Shown piece by piece: positions 20,564 through 30,807 of a DNA stretch of 64,000 nt (within the stretch, counting starts at the first letter, position 1; each line of letters starts with the position of its first letter). This DNA comes from Nitrospinales bacterium (GTDB lineage Bacteria; Nitrospinota; Nitrospinia; Nitrospinales; VA-1): assembly GCA_965262115.1 (NCBI GenBank), contig OZ253496.1, forward strand, positions 256,001 through 320,000, in the 5' to 3' direction. Position numbers and translations under genes: made by a program. The notes below the pieces were generated by a model. It was not told the origin of the DNA, did not search any database, and saw only the letters and a program-made list of their open reading frames with translations.

Positions 20564-22774
20564 TTGAATACTCAGCAGCAACTCATAAATATCAACAATT
20601 TTAATGGTTTACCCATCATGCTATCCGCCAAAGTCGAAATGATGCAAAAATCTGACTTTTTTAAAATCATCCTGATATTTGTTTTGTTTTTAAGTCAGAG
20701 TATTTGGATTCCAACCAATGCCCAAGCAACCAATCAGGCGACGATAGATAGAACTAAAAAAATTGTCATGATGCTAAACATCGCTGCAAAGGAATTTGAG
20801 GAAGGTGTGGTGGATGGGAAAATTGTTGTTCCGCCGGAATATGAAGAAAGCCAGGTGTTTTTGCAACAGGCCATGGAACGTTTTGAAAGAATCTCTTCTG
20901 AAATCACAGATCCACAAAAAGCAGAGAACCTTAAAAAACGGCTCATCAACATGATGGCTATGGTCAAGGATAAAGTGGATTCACAAATAATGTGGAAGGA
21001 AGTCAATAGTATAAATTCAGAGTTACTGGCAACTTTCAATATCGAAATCAAAAAAACACCGATCACCCCCGTATCTCTGGGGAACGGTAAAAAAATATTT
21101 GAAAATAACTGCTCGGTTTGTCATGGCCTCAAGGGTCATGGGGATGGCCCGATGGCTAGCCAGTTTGATCCCTCCCCTGCCGTTTTATCCAACCCAAAAC
21201 TGACAGGAGACGAAAACACCACCGCTTACGACAATTTCGAGGTGATTAATGTCGGAATTGCTAACACTGGGATGATGGCTTGGGCTGGAGTGCTTTCGGA
21301 AACCGAAATTTGGAATGTCACTTATTACCTCAGGACTTTTTCCAACAACAATGTGCAACTGCCACCGGTAAATTTGCAAGTGGCTGCAATGGAGTCATCT
21401 GGAGATTCCACAAGTAGCATGGCCGAACAGGTTGTTAACGAGGTTCGTGAGCTTCTCGAAAAGAGTTTAGCAATTTATGGGTCCGGTCAGGTGGACAATG
21501 CGGCAGAAATGGCTTTTGACGCGTATCTTGCGTATGAAAAAATTGAGTCCAACCTTATTACCAAGGACAGGAGTTTGGGTGTGAGACTGGAGTCGGCCTT
21601 CAGTCGCTACCGTGGTGAGATTAAGCGTAGTGCGCCATTTGGGCATGTAGAGTCCCTTAACAAGGAAATCAATCTGGACCTGGCAAAAGGTCTGGAACTG
21701 CTCAAAAGTGAGGTCGGTTTTACGGGAATGTTCTTTCAGTCATTCTCCATCATCGTTCGGGAAGGATTTGAGGCCATTCTCATCATCGCCGCGCTGATCG
21801 CGTTTTTAACGAAATCCCGCAATCAGGGGCGGATAAAAACCATCCATATTGGCGTTGTGATCGGTATTCTTGCCAGTTTTGCAACAGCCTATGTCATCCA
21901 TGAAATCCTTCACCTGAACATGGCCAACCAGGAACTTCTCGAAGGCTGGATCATGTTAGTTGCCGTTGCGGTCTTGTTCTGGGTCAGCTATTGGTTGGTT
22001 TCAAAAATTGAAACCAGGAAGTGGCAGGAATACATCAACAAAAAAATGCGTGGCGCCCTTTCAAAGGGAAACACTTTTACCCTGGGTGCGGTGGCTTTTA
22101 TATCTGTTTACCGGGAAGGATTCGAAACCGTTCTTTTTTACAAGGCGCTTTATTTGTATGCTGAAGGTGCGACCGCAGGAATCATTCCCGGGTTTCTCGC
22201 TGGTTGTGTAGTTTTAGCAGGAGTCTTCTATTTGATCAATACTTTGGGTATGAGAATTCCCATTAAATGGTTTTTTGGTTTTACCAGTGTTCTTTTGTAT
22301 TACATGGCATTCACCTTCATGGGAAAAGGACTTCACGAGTTGCAAATGGGCGAACAGGTTCCCATGACTGCCGCAAATTTTCTGCCCAGCATTTCCTGGC
22401 TCGGCATGTATCCAACTTGGGAAACATTCATAGGGCAGGCAGCGTTATTGGGGGCTTTTGTCTTCGCGCTGATTTACACTTTTATTATTAAAGCTGAATT
22501 GGGTGCTACCCAATTAAAAGAAGAAACCTCTCAACTGCAAAATGACATCACCCAGGTACACGATCTGGTGGAACATATTTCTCATCATGCCAAGCGTTGT
22601 GAAGTATTCCTAAAGGACACTCCGGATCAGGATTTGCAGGAGCTCTCAGGCCATTTGAAGGAGATTGATATCAAAATCCACGAACTGTTCGGGCATGTGA
22701 AATATGTGGAGAACCAGCTTCAGGATGAATATGAGAAGCTGGCTAAGCAGGCCTTCCAATCCAAACAAAATTAG
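20564..22774 (+). CDS. Cytochrome c-FTR1 iron permease (EfeU/PbrT-like) with C-terminal His-rich domain; start may be ATG ~20618 or 20639
   Basis: CSVCH heme motif, REGFEA and REGFET motifs, multi-TM FTR1 domain. Confidence 0.93.
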   Translation: MNTQQQLININNFNGLPIMLSAKVEMMQKSDFFKIILIFVLFLSQSIWIPTNAQATNQATIDRTKKIVMMLNIAAKEFEEGVVDGKIVVPPEYEESQVFLQQAMERFERISSEITDPQKAENLKKRLINMMAMVKDKVDSQIMWKEVNSINSELLATFNIEIKKTPITPVSLGNGKKIFENNCSVCHGLKGHGDGPMASQFDPSPAVLSNPKLTGDENTTAYDNFEVINVGIANTGMMAWAGVLSETEIWNVTYYLRTFSNNNVQLPPVNLQVAAMESSGDSTSSMAEQVVNEVRELLEKSLAIYGSGQVDNAAEMAFDAYLAYEKIESNLITKDRSLGVRLESAFSRYRGEIKRSAPFGHVESLNKEINLDLAKGLELLKSEVGFTGMFFQSFSIIVREGFEAILIIAALIAFLTKSRNQGRIKTIHIGVVIGILASFATAYVIHEILHLNMANQELLEGWIMLVAVAVLFWVSYWLVSKIETRKWQEYINKKMRGALSKGNTFTLGAVAFISVYREGFETVLFYKALYLYAEGATAGIIPGFLAGCVVLAGVFYLINTLGMRIPIKWFFGFTSVLLYYMAFTFMGKGLHELQMGEQVPMTAANFLPSISWLGMYPTWETFIGQAALLGAFVFALIYTFIIKAELGATQLKEETSQLQNDITQVHDLVEHISHHAKRCEVFLKDTPDQDLQELSGHLKEIDIKIHELFGHVKYVENQLQDEYEKLAKQAFQSKQN

Positions 22775-22782
22775 GCGATCTC

Positions 22783-24075
22783 TTGAATATTAGTTTTTTT
22801 AAAAATACGCGCATCATCCACAAATGGGTCGGTCTCCTGATTGCAGTATTCATTCTTATTCTGTCTGTTTCGGGTTTTCTTTTAATGCACCCGGAGGAAT
22901 TTGGCATAGAACAAGCCCAGATCAGCGGCAAGTACCTACCGGAAAAGTATTTTCAGGTTTATAACACCCGGCGCCGTGTCCAGTCACTCGCCACAGTCTC
23001 CGACCAGATTCTATTCGCGGGAACAGACATTGGTGTTTACCGGTCCTTGGATGGAGGAAAAACCTGGCTTCAAATCAATCAGGGTTTGTTTGATCTAAAC
23101 ATCAATTCCTTGATGATTAATCCGGAAGAACCCAATACCGTTTATGCCGCAACCAAGCGTGGCGTCTTTAAGTCAGAGGATGCAGGGGACACTTGGAGTG
23201 ACTGGTTCGATGAGACAACGGGTTTGACCAATACAATAATTAATGATCTTGCCCTGCATCCTGATAACACGGATATTCTGTTTGCCGCAACCGATGGGGG
23301 CATTTTCCAATCTTTGGATGCTGGAGAGAGTTGGGTGCCGGTATACACCGATCAACCTGTCCAGATCATAAAATTTTCAGCATCGAATCTGAACACCCTG
23401 TATGCATCTGGTGAAGGCAGCACCCTTCGCAGCAAAAACAGCGGGCGTGATTGGAGTCTCGTTTGGGGAAATACCCTATCTATCGTGAGTGCGCTGATAT
23501 CCTTAGACACCGACCCAGAGTTTCTCTATTCAGGCTCCGATACCGGCCTGTACAAATCTTTCAATGGCGGCAGGAACTGGGTTGCCGATTCTGCCTTTAA
23601 GAAGGCACCCATAAACGCAATTTTTGTGAGCCCTTCCAACCTGTCACAAATATACGTAGGAAGTGGGGCGAGTTTTTACTCCAGTAAGGATGGTGGCGAC
23701 TCATGGAGGAACATTTTCTCCTTCACCCAAAAAATGAACGGGGATTCTGGAACATCGGTTGATATTACCATTAACGAAATCACCAGTCTGAATGAAAAAT
23801 CACTCTTTGCGGGCACCTCATCGGGACTTTATTTCTCTGAGGATGCCGGTGAAAACTGGGAAAATATAAATTTAAGTGGTGCGGTCAATCAACTGTCTCC
23901 CGATGAAATGAAAATGGATGTTGTGAAACTCGTGACCGAAATTCATACGGGTCGCTTTTTTGGTTCCTATTTTTATATGCTTGTGGATTTAGCGACTCTG
24001 GGAATCGTGTTTCTGACAATATCCGGCTTCCTGATTGCCTATTACCGGGCCAAGGTTAAGAACCGGAAAAAATAG
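22783..24075 (+). CDS. PepSY-associated TM protein with Asp-box beta-propeller
   Basis: IIHKWVGL...SVSGFLLMH and EIHTGRFFG...LTISG helices flank seven SxD/NxGxxW repeats. Confidence 0.85.
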   Translation: MNISFFKNTRIIHKWVGLLIAVFILILSVSGFLLMHPEEFGIEQAQISGKYLPEKYFQVYNTRRRVQSLATVSDQILFAGTDIGVYRSLDGGKTWLQINQGLFDLNINSLMINPEEPNTVYAATKRGVFKSEDAGDTWSDWFDETTGLTNTIINDLALHPDNTDILFAATDGGIFQSLDAGESWVPVYTDQPVQIIKFSASNLNTLYASGEGSTLRSKNSGRDWSLVWGNTLSIVSALISLDTDPEFLYSGSDTGLYKSFNGGRNWVADSAFKKAPINAIFVSPSNLSQIYVGSGASFYSSKDGGDSWRNIFSFTQKMNGDSGTSVDITINEITSLNEKSLFAGTSSGLYFSEDAGENWENINLSGAVNQLSPDEMKMDVVKLVTEIHTGRFFGSYFYMLVDLATLGIVFLTISGFLIAYYRAKVKNRKK

Positions 24076-24317
24076 TGGAAGATCTGACGACTGATCGTGT
24101 GATTGAACTCACAGAAACCACCGATGAGCTTTCAACCGAGAGTCAGGAAATCCATGACATGATAGAACACATCACCGAACACATTGAAAAATGTCGACTG
24201 GTTTATATGGATCAGGAGAAAAATGAAATCGAGGAAATTGGCCGGCACCTCAACACTCTGGACAAAAAAATGCACCGGCTGATGCAACACCTGGGGGAAT
24301 TGGAAAAGACCGATTAA
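24075..24317 (+). CDS. His-rich helical domain (paralog of the FTR1 C-tail; possibly the frameshifted C-terminus of the upstream gene)
   Basis: Gapless alignment to the FTR1 tail. Adding one A to the A6 run at 24067-24072 fuses it in frame to the upstream gene. Confidence 0.75.
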   Translation: MEDLTTDRVIELTETTDELSTESQEIHDMIEHITEHIEKCRLVYMDQEKNEIEEIGRHLNTLDKKMHRLMQHLGELEKTD

Positions 24318-24580
24318 TGAATATATCGCTTTTCCTTGCCTGAAGAGTGTGGAGCGAGGTTCTGATCACGGTTGATCATATTCATCTTTTTATATTCTTC
24401 CCAATTGTCTCGAAACAGGTTGAAACCAACATAATCCAGCGCTTGCATGATTTCGAGTTCAGAAACCTTGCCTTCGCCGCCATCCACTTCACGAATCACA
24501 TCTTCCAACTGTTCGCAAAGACCGGCAAACCGCTCTTCATCTTCAAACATCATAAAGTCTTTCATGAAATCAAAGGTCAT
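24314..24580 (-). CDS. Hypothetical protein
   Basis: 88-aa acidic ORF with GGGAG upstream. Confidence 0.65.
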   Translation of the reverse strand: MTFDFMKDFMMFEDEERFAGLCEQLEDVIREVDGGEGKVSELEIMQALDYVGFNLFRDNWEEYKKMNMINRDQNLAPHSSGKEKRYIH

Positions 24581-24618
24581 ACCCTTTTTCTCCCTTTAAT
24601 TGGAGTGACTCGTAATAT

Positions 24619-25269
24619 CTATACACTTATATTAGAATAAATTTTGCTCACTACAAACATAAATTCTTCGATTTCTTTTTGAATTGCAGAAAACTCCCGA
24701 TCTGCCATCCGTCTTACGGAAAATATCGATCCTCCCAGTGCCACGGCTGAGGCTCCTGCAGCAAAATAGTCAGGGATATTTTTGGGGCCAATTCCACCCA
24801 CGGCCATCAGTTTGATATGGTCAAAGGGTCCTTTTATAAGCTTAAAATAATCAGGCCCCATCTGGGAGGCGGGAAAGACCTTTACCATTGTTGCCCCAAA
24901 ACTCCATGCTTTTTCAATTTCTGTAGGGGTTAAAGCACCAGGGAAATAGGCTAGATTGTTCTTAATGCAAAGTTTAGCGACCTGCTCATTCGAGCTTGGT
25001 GCCACAATAAATTGTGCCCCCGCTTCAGCTGCCTGCTGAGCAGACTCATCAGACAAAACCGTTCCTGCCCCGATGCAAAAATCGGGAAATAATTCAACAG
25101 CCTTCTTAATAAGATAAAACGCGTCAGGAGTATTGAGAGTGATTTCCATGAAACGAAGCCCCCCTGAGTATGCTGCTTTCAGTACACCATAAAGGGAATC
25201 TCCGTCAACACCACGTATGATGCCCAATACGGGTTCTTTCTCAAAGAGGGTTAAATCAAATCCTGCCAT
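24619..25269 (-). CDS. eda: KDPG/KHG aldolase
   Basis: EITLNTP, IGAGTVL, PGALTPTEI, VKVFPA, MAVGGI. Confidence 0.93.
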   Translation of the reverse strand: MAGFDLTLFEKEPVLGIIRGVDGDSLYGVLKAAYSGGLRFMEITLNTPDAFYLIKKAVELFPDFCIGAGTVLSDESAQQAAEAGAQFIVAPSSNEQVAKLCIKNNLAYFPGALTPTEIEKAWSFGATMVKVFPASQMGPDYFKLIKGPFDHIKLMAVGGIGPKNIPDYFAAGASAVALGGSIFSVRRMADREFSAIQKEIEEFMFVVSKIYSNISV

Positions 25270-25276
25270 GAATGAA

Positions 25277-26227
25277 TTAGACGTTGGCTTCTGTAGTGAG
25301 CTTTTCGTAGAAATTTAGGTATTCATCCTTTTGCTCTGAATTTCTAACTTTCATTCCCGCGCGGGGATGCAAATCCAGAATGCCGGTAATCATGTAGGGA
25401 ATGGTGTATCCCCATTCAATATTCTTTCGCAAATCTACAAAATCCGATTCCAACACTTTCAGAATAGGTCGGATATCAAATTTCGGATTTTTCAAAAAGC
25501 CCAGTAGTAATTCCAGCGGACAGTTACCTGCGGCTCTTCCGATCCCCAAAATAGTTCCATCAAGATAGTTAATGTTATTGATGATCGATTCAATCGTATT
25601 GGCAAAGGCCAATTGCTGGTTGTTATGTGCGTGAATACCGACCTCTCGGCTTGGGAGTGCAGCTTTATACTTTTTGGCAAGATAAGAAATCTGTTCAGAA
25701 TACAAGGCTCCGAAACTATCAACCAGATAAACGACATCAACAGCACTTTCCTTTTCTACCTGTTCCAGGGCCTCATCCAACTCGCGTTCCCTGGCGTGCG
25801 ACACCGCCATAATGTTGATAGTGGTTTCATAGCCCTTTTCATTAAGCGTATTGACAATATCAATAGCCTTATCAATATCCTTGATGTATGAGGCAACCCG
25901 CATCATATCCACATGACTTTCTGATTTTGGGATCAGTGTCTTGGGATCAAAACGTCCTATATCGGCCATAACAGAAATTTTGCAATTTTTCTCTGTATTT
26001 CCGATAATGTTTTCCAGATCCTTCTCGGAACAAAATTTCATAGGACCATATTCACCCCTCTTAAACTGATTCTCGTCAGCCTTATAACCCAGTTCGATGT
26101 AGTCGACCCCTGATTTATTTACCGCTTGAAAAACTCTGCGAACAAGGTCATCGCTGAACAAGTGATTGTTCATCAATCCACCGTCACGAATGGTACAATC
26201 CAATACTTTTATTTCTTTTCGGTACAT
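25277..26227 (-). CDS. DRE-TIM (HMGL-like) aldolase catalytic domain protein
   Basis: LDCTIRDGG, VDSFG, IHAHNNQQLA, GIGRAAGN. Confidence 0.88.
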   Translation of the reverse strand: MYRKEIKVLDCTIRDGGLMNNHLFSDDLVRRVFQAVNKSGVDYIELGYKADENQFKRGEYGPMKFCSEKDLENIIGNTEKNCKISVMADIGRFDPKTLIPKSESHVDMMRVASYIKDIDKAIDIVNTLNEKGYETTINIMAVSHARERELDEALEQVEKESAVDVVYLVDSFGALYSEQISYLAKKYKAALPSREVGIHAHNNQQLAFANTIESIINNINYLDGTILGIGRAAGNCPLELLLGFLKNPKFDIRPILKVLESDFVDLRKNIEWGYTIPYMITGILDLHPRAGMKVRNSEQKDEYLNFYEKLTTEANV

Positions 26228-26590
26228 GCTGTAAAATCCCCCAAAGCGGAATCAATAGATTCCACTGAAAAAAATGAGTTTGAGCAAAAGTTTCAATAAA
26301 TTGGAAGGAAACATTATATTTGTAATGTGGGTGAGGGTCAATCAGATAATTTCAATGGATTTTTATAACCTCTAAAGAGCCCAAAATTAACAATTTCAGG
26401 AAGAAGTTATTGAATTAGTGCTAATTCCTCTCTACAGCCGAGATTTTATCACTTCAGGAGAGATTCTTTTCATCGATTCTGCTTTGCAATGGTTCTATAA
26501 TCAAAATCGTTTGTTTTGCAGGAGCCGTACAAATGCTTAGCAGATACTTGGAAGTACCTCAATCAAACTCCAGGAATTTTATACTTAATA

Positions 26591-27016
26591 ATGGCTCATA
26601 AAATATCTTTTTGGCTCGTCAAGCAGGAGCCTTCGAAATACAGTTGGGAAACTTTTGTGAAAGACGGGGAAACCTACTGGGATGGGGTGCGAAACTATCA
26701 GGCCCGCAACAATTTGCAGTCCATGAAAGAAGGGGATCTGGTTTTCTTTTATCACAGTGTCACGGGCAAGGACATCAGAGGCATTGCCAAAGTTACCCGC
26801 GAAGCTTACCCCGACCCCACAATCGATGATCCGCGTTGGGTGGTGGTCAATTTAAAACCTGTTAAAGCTCTCGCGCACCCTGTCAGCCTTGAAGAGATTA
26901 AAAATCATAAGGACCTTTCGGAAATCGCTTTAGTACGACAATCCCGTTTATCTGTTCTGCCCTTAACAAAAAAGGAAAGTCAGACTATATTAAAACTAGG
27001 CAATACTTCTATCTGA
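26591..27016 (+). CDS. EVE domain protein
   Basis: WLVKQEP, WDGVRNYQARN, GDLVFFYHS, RQSRLSV. Confidence 0.93.
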   Translation: MAHKISFWLVKQEPSKYSWETFVKDGETYWDGVRNYQARNNLQSMKEGDLVFFYHSVTGKDIRGIAKVTREAYPDPTIDDPRWVVVNLKPVKALAHPVSLEEIKNHKDLSEIALVRQSRLSVLPLTKKESQTILKLGNTSI

Positions 27017-27074
27017 CTTCAAAAATATTGAAGTATAAATTCAGGCAACTGAAACTATATAGGGAAATAAATCT

Positions 27075-27221
27075 ATGAAAACAGGACTCGCCCTTATCTT
27101 TGTTGTGATTTTATTGATTGGATGTTCAGGGGAGAGCAACGATCCGAGTGCTCCACAACCTACGCAAAAATCATCTTTATCCTTGCAATTTAAAGTAAAT
27201 TTTATGGGGATCGGTCTATGA
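27075..27221 (+). CDS. Small lipoprotein (48 aa) or truncated remnant
   Basis: MKTGLALIFVVILLIGCSGESND... with lipobox; stop overlaps the next ATG (ATGA). Confidence 0.5.
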   Translation: MKTGLALIFVVILLIGCSGESNDPSAPQPTQKSSLSLQFKVNFMGIGL

Positions 27222-27454
27222 CATCCAGAATCATCCTGATTTTACTGATCGCTTTCTTATGGAGTTGCTCCGGTGATAAAACTGCTGAACAACCTCAAAA
27301 ACCCAAGGCAACGCAATCAGTGCCAGAGAAGGTTCAAAGCCAACCCAATTTCCCCAACGCTCAGGATTTACAACCAGACTTGCATATCAGTGGCAGCCCC
27401 AGCACCCATATTTCAGGATCCCTTTCAACCTCCGAGCACATGAGCGGTCAGTAA
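27218..27454 (+). CDS. Small lipoprotein with H(I/M)SG repeats
   Basis: Lipobox LWSC; C-terminus HISGSPSTHISGSLSTSEHMSGQ. Confidence 0.7.
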   Translation: MTSRIILILLIAFLWSCSGDKTAEQPQKPKATQSVPEKVQSQPNFPNAQDLQPDLHISGSPSTHISGSLSTSEHMSGQ

Positions 27455-27458
27455 AACT

Positions 27459-28124
27459 ATGAAACCAGCCTTGCTCTTAACTGCATTTGCTTTTTTCGTT
27501 TTGGTTTCATCTTCATGGGCGGGTCCAGCAGAAATATCATCCTGCCTGAAACAAGTGACTCCGCTGAAAGCCCAGAGGGACCAGGTGGCAGATTTAGATG
27601 GGATTTGGGGACTGTTCCAAAAAAAAGCAACACTTCAACACAGTTCTGTCGAAGGCATTAGCCTGGATAACAGAGTCAACTCAATCCTTTTTCATTTAGA
27701 GTATCTATGCAACACCATCGATGGGATTCCTTTTGATGAATTGGCGGACTATGTTTCAACAAACCTGACAGAAAAGGGGGAGGAAAAATTCAGGAAGGAA
27801 TTGATCATTCTTGGCAAAAATGAGAGCCAAATCAAAGTCTGGTTTGAGTTTTCCAGATTTGCTATCGCGAATCGATATCGGGCTTTGGACCCTCAAAAAA
27901 TTTCTCACACCATTCAGGCGGCATACCCACTGGTCAAGGGGTATTTACAGCTTGCAGAAAAAATAAACGGCAAAAAGGACATAGGTTCAGTGATTCAGGA
28001 AACACAAGCCCTGACAGTCCAAATCGAGACTTATTTCAAAACCGATCCATATATATCGCAGGCTTTTCATGAAAATTCCCAAATCCCTTATGCGGATTGG
28101 GATGAAAACTACGGTGGCTCCTAA
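27459..28124 (+). CDS. Secreted hypothetical helical protein
   Basis: Signal peptide ending SSSWA; two Cys. Confidence 0.75.
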   Translation: MKPALLLTAFAFFVLVSSSWAGPAEISSCLKQVTPLKAQRDQVADLDGIWGLFQKKATLQHSSVEGISLDNRVNSILFHLEYLCNTIDGIPFDELADYVSTNLTEKGEEKFRKELIILGKNESQIKVWFEFSRFAIANRYRALDPQKISHTIQAAYPLVKGYLQLAEKINGKKDIGSVIQETQALTVQIETYFKTDPYISQAFHENSQIPYADWDENYGGS

Positions 28125-28176
28125 ACGGGCAAACCTGCAATCCAGAAATATTTTTTAACAACCTGAAGAGGAAACG

Positions 28177-28980
28177 ATGAGTAATTTTCTAGTCATAGGT
28201 GGAACAGGTGTAATGGGGACCGCAGCGATTAAAGCTATTCGCGAAAGGTTTGGCGACACAGCCAATATCCTGGCGAACTGGTATGGTAAGGAAGTGCCCG
28301 GTTTCACCATTGAAGGCGTTGAAGAAACCCTGTTTGGTGACATCAATGACCCACAGGTTCTGGATAAAATCAAAGCTTACGATAATGGACAATTCGATGC
28401 TTTATTCTACGCCACCGCCCTGGGTGAGGTTGGGGTGTCTATTGCAGAGGCGACCCCCGAGTCGATCACGCAGTCCAACAAACTTTCATTTGATCCTATC
28501 CTGAAATTGGAAGCACAACTGAATGTTAAAACCATTGTTGCCTATTCCACCTTTTATGTTATCAGGCATCAGCTCTCCACTTACGGAGCAATGGGCCATT
28601 CAAAAGAAGCTATTGAGAAATGGGCGGTTGAGAAAGGCAAGGCCCAGCATATTTGTATTCGAGCCGGACTGTTTGAGTCGCAATCGTCCCGGGGAATTAA
28701 ACTGCTATTGAGAAAAACCGCAAAAAATCCAGAAAACCTGAGAGATCCCCTGCTCCGGTCCTATTTTGAGGGGAAAAGCTCCAAGGAAGGCATCAAGAAA
28801 TTTGAAGAAGGCATCTTCAAAGAAGAAAAAGAAGCTTATGGCGATTGCAGAACAACTGCTGACGACTTATATCAATCCCATTTGAAGCTATTCGATTCCA
28901 AGGAACCTGTCTTTGTCAATGTTTGTGGCAAACGAATCTGGCTTTCTGACACACCTCTGCTCCTCAAGAATTATCTGTAA
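28177..28980 (+). CDS. Divergent SDR, FabI-like enoyl-ACP reductase candidate
   Basis: Rossmann GGTGVMG; YGAMGHSK (Y-x6-K, resembling FabI YxxMxxAK). Confidence 0.6.
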   Translation: MSNFLVIGGTGVMGTAAIKAIRERFGDTANILANWYGKEVPGFTIEGVEETLFGDINDPQVLDKIKAYDNGQFDALFYATALGEVGVSIAEATPESITQSNKLSFDPILKLEAQLNVKTIVAYSTFYVIRHQLSTYGAMGHSKEAIEKWAVEKGKAQHICIRAGLFESQSSRGIKLLLRKTAKNPENLRDPLLRSYFEGKSSKEGIKKFEEGIFKEEKEAYGDCRTTADDLYQSHLKLFDSKEPVFVNVCGKRIWLSDTPLLLKNYL

Positions 28981-28989
28981 CTCTCATTT

Positions 28990-29468
28990 TCTGTCGGAGC
29001 CCACCATGAATTTATTAATGGAAAAGGATATCCTCCAGGTCTGAAGGAGACCTTTGCATAAGTCGAAAAATCGAAGAATCGAGATGCTTCGAGATACCCC
29101 TGCGGGGCAAGAATTCAAAGGTCAAATATCACTAGCTCAGCATAACAATAAAGAGCTATTTTGTCATTCTGAAGAGCGTACGCGATGAAGAATCTCGGGT
29201 TATGCAAAGGTCTCGGCCTGAAGGGGGACGAAATTTCTTTTGAGGGAAGATTGATGGCTGTCACTGATATTGCTGAAGCCCTGACCGCATCTGATAGACC
29301 TTATAAAAAAGCCATGCCTTTGGAAACGGTCTATCGAATTCTCAGATCCATGGCCGAAAAAAAGAAGAACCGGACCCCAATCTGGTTGACTTGTTCATCG
29401 AAAAAGAAGTTTACAAAATTTACCAGAAAAAACACGAAAACGGTTCGAAAGAAAAACAACCATTTTAA
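28990..29468 (+). pseudogene. HD-GYP c-di-GMP phosphodiesterase remnant interrupted by a MITE
   Basis: VGAHHEFINGKGYPPGLK [MITE] GLKGDEISFEGRLMAVTDIAEALTASDRPYKKAM... / DPNLVDLF. The 5' part is missing and there is a second frameshift near 29360. Confidence 0.88.
29047..29214 (+). mobile_element. MITE copy 1 (168 bp)
   Basis: Perfect 15-bp TIR GAGACCTTTGCATAA/TTATGCAAAGGTCTC; 9-bp TSD GGTCTGAAG/GGCCTGAAG. Confidence 0.95.
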
Positions 29469-29548
29469 CTTTCATCCCACCCAATTCCCCCTCCCCTATC
29501 CTTTATTAAACAATTAAGAAATTTCCCCTTCCCATTTTTCAGGATACG

Positions 29549-29791
29549 TTATTTGCTTTTGGGTTTATAGGGTCCGGTTCGAAGGTAGTTGTCGTTCATT
29601 TTCACATGGATATCGATTTGAGGAGCATCCTGCTCTTTACCGTCTGGATGACCCGCATCGAATTTTTTTTCTATAAGATATTTAGTCTTATCTGATAGGA
29701 TTAAAGCCCTCTGTTTTCGAACGCGGGTTTTCTTTTTGCTAAATGTTTTTTGATATCTTTTTTTGTCCTCATGGGACATATTCAGGATCAT
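29549..29791 (-). CDS. Hypothetical basic protein
   Basis: 80-aa Lys-rich ORF. Confidence 0.5.
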   Translation of the reverse strand: MILNMSHEDKKRYQKTFSKKKTRVRKQRALILSDKTKYLIEKKFDAGHPDGKEQDAPQIDIHVKMNDNYLRTGPYKPKSK

Positions 29792-29884
29792 ATTGCACCG
29801 TTGAAAATTCGCATTTCGGGATTGTAAAATCGATCCAGCAAGACTCAGGGTACTTCACTTTCTACCTAATTTATAACTATTTTT

Positions 29885-30807
29885 ATGCCTATTGAAAAAT
29901 TAAAGGAAGCTTTCAAAGATTCAGATATTCAAGAATCTTCCTTGCGTGCCCTCATTACCTATCTGGATCACTTTGAAATTGCCCGGAGGCTCCACGAATT
30001 GAATCTGGAGCAATAGGATTTTTTAAATTGAGGGATTTGCTGAATATTCAGACCTCGGCAATGGCAAAAGAGTTCATCCGCCCTGAAACTCCAAAAGTAC
30101 ACCTGAATGATCCTTGTGAAAAGGTTGCCCAAATTGTTGTTGACAATGACAATACGGTACAGGGAATCATCACTTTCGATGATGTCATTCGGTCCCTGCA
30201 GGACAGCGCTAGTGAAGATATATACACCATGGTAGGGACCGCCAAGGTGGATCACTTCGCAAAAAAAATAAGCAACAAAATTATTGCTCGTGCACCCTGG
30301 TTGTTCACAACCTTTCTCGGAGGATTGGTCAGCGCCTGGATACTGGGGTCTTACCAGGCAACCCTTGTCGATTTTGCTGCGGTCATATTTTTCATTCCTT
30401 TTGTAATTGGATTAGCGGGCAATGTCGGAATTCAGGGTGCCACTGTTATTGTGAGAGGCTTGGCGACAGGGGATATTCAAAAAGACAATCTTGCTACCGT
30501 GGTCAAAAGTGAGCTATCTGTTGGAATATTAAATGGTGGGATTTTTGGATTACTGTGCGGAGGGCTTGTCTATCTGGCTTCCGAATCCATTTTGCACACC
30601 AATCCGGTGCTGGGTCTGGCGGTTGGAACGGGAATTATCCTCGCTGTTTCCGTCGCATCACTGATGGGTTCTTTAGCACCAATCCTGTTTATAAACCTGG
30701 ACATTGATCCTGCAATCAGTACCGGCCCTGTTATCACTGTCATCAACGATATTGTCGGATTGGCCATTTATCTTGCAACTGCGGCTTATTTTTTCTCAAC
30801 CTTTTAA
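29885..30807 (+). pseudogene. mgtE: Magnesium transporter MgtE, N-domain/CBS deleted, TM domain intact
   Basis: N-terminal fragment MPIEKLK...LHELNLEQ*, then LRDLL...GIITFDDVI, ARAPWL, AGNVGIQ, DPAISTGPVITVINDIVG. Confidence 0.8.
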
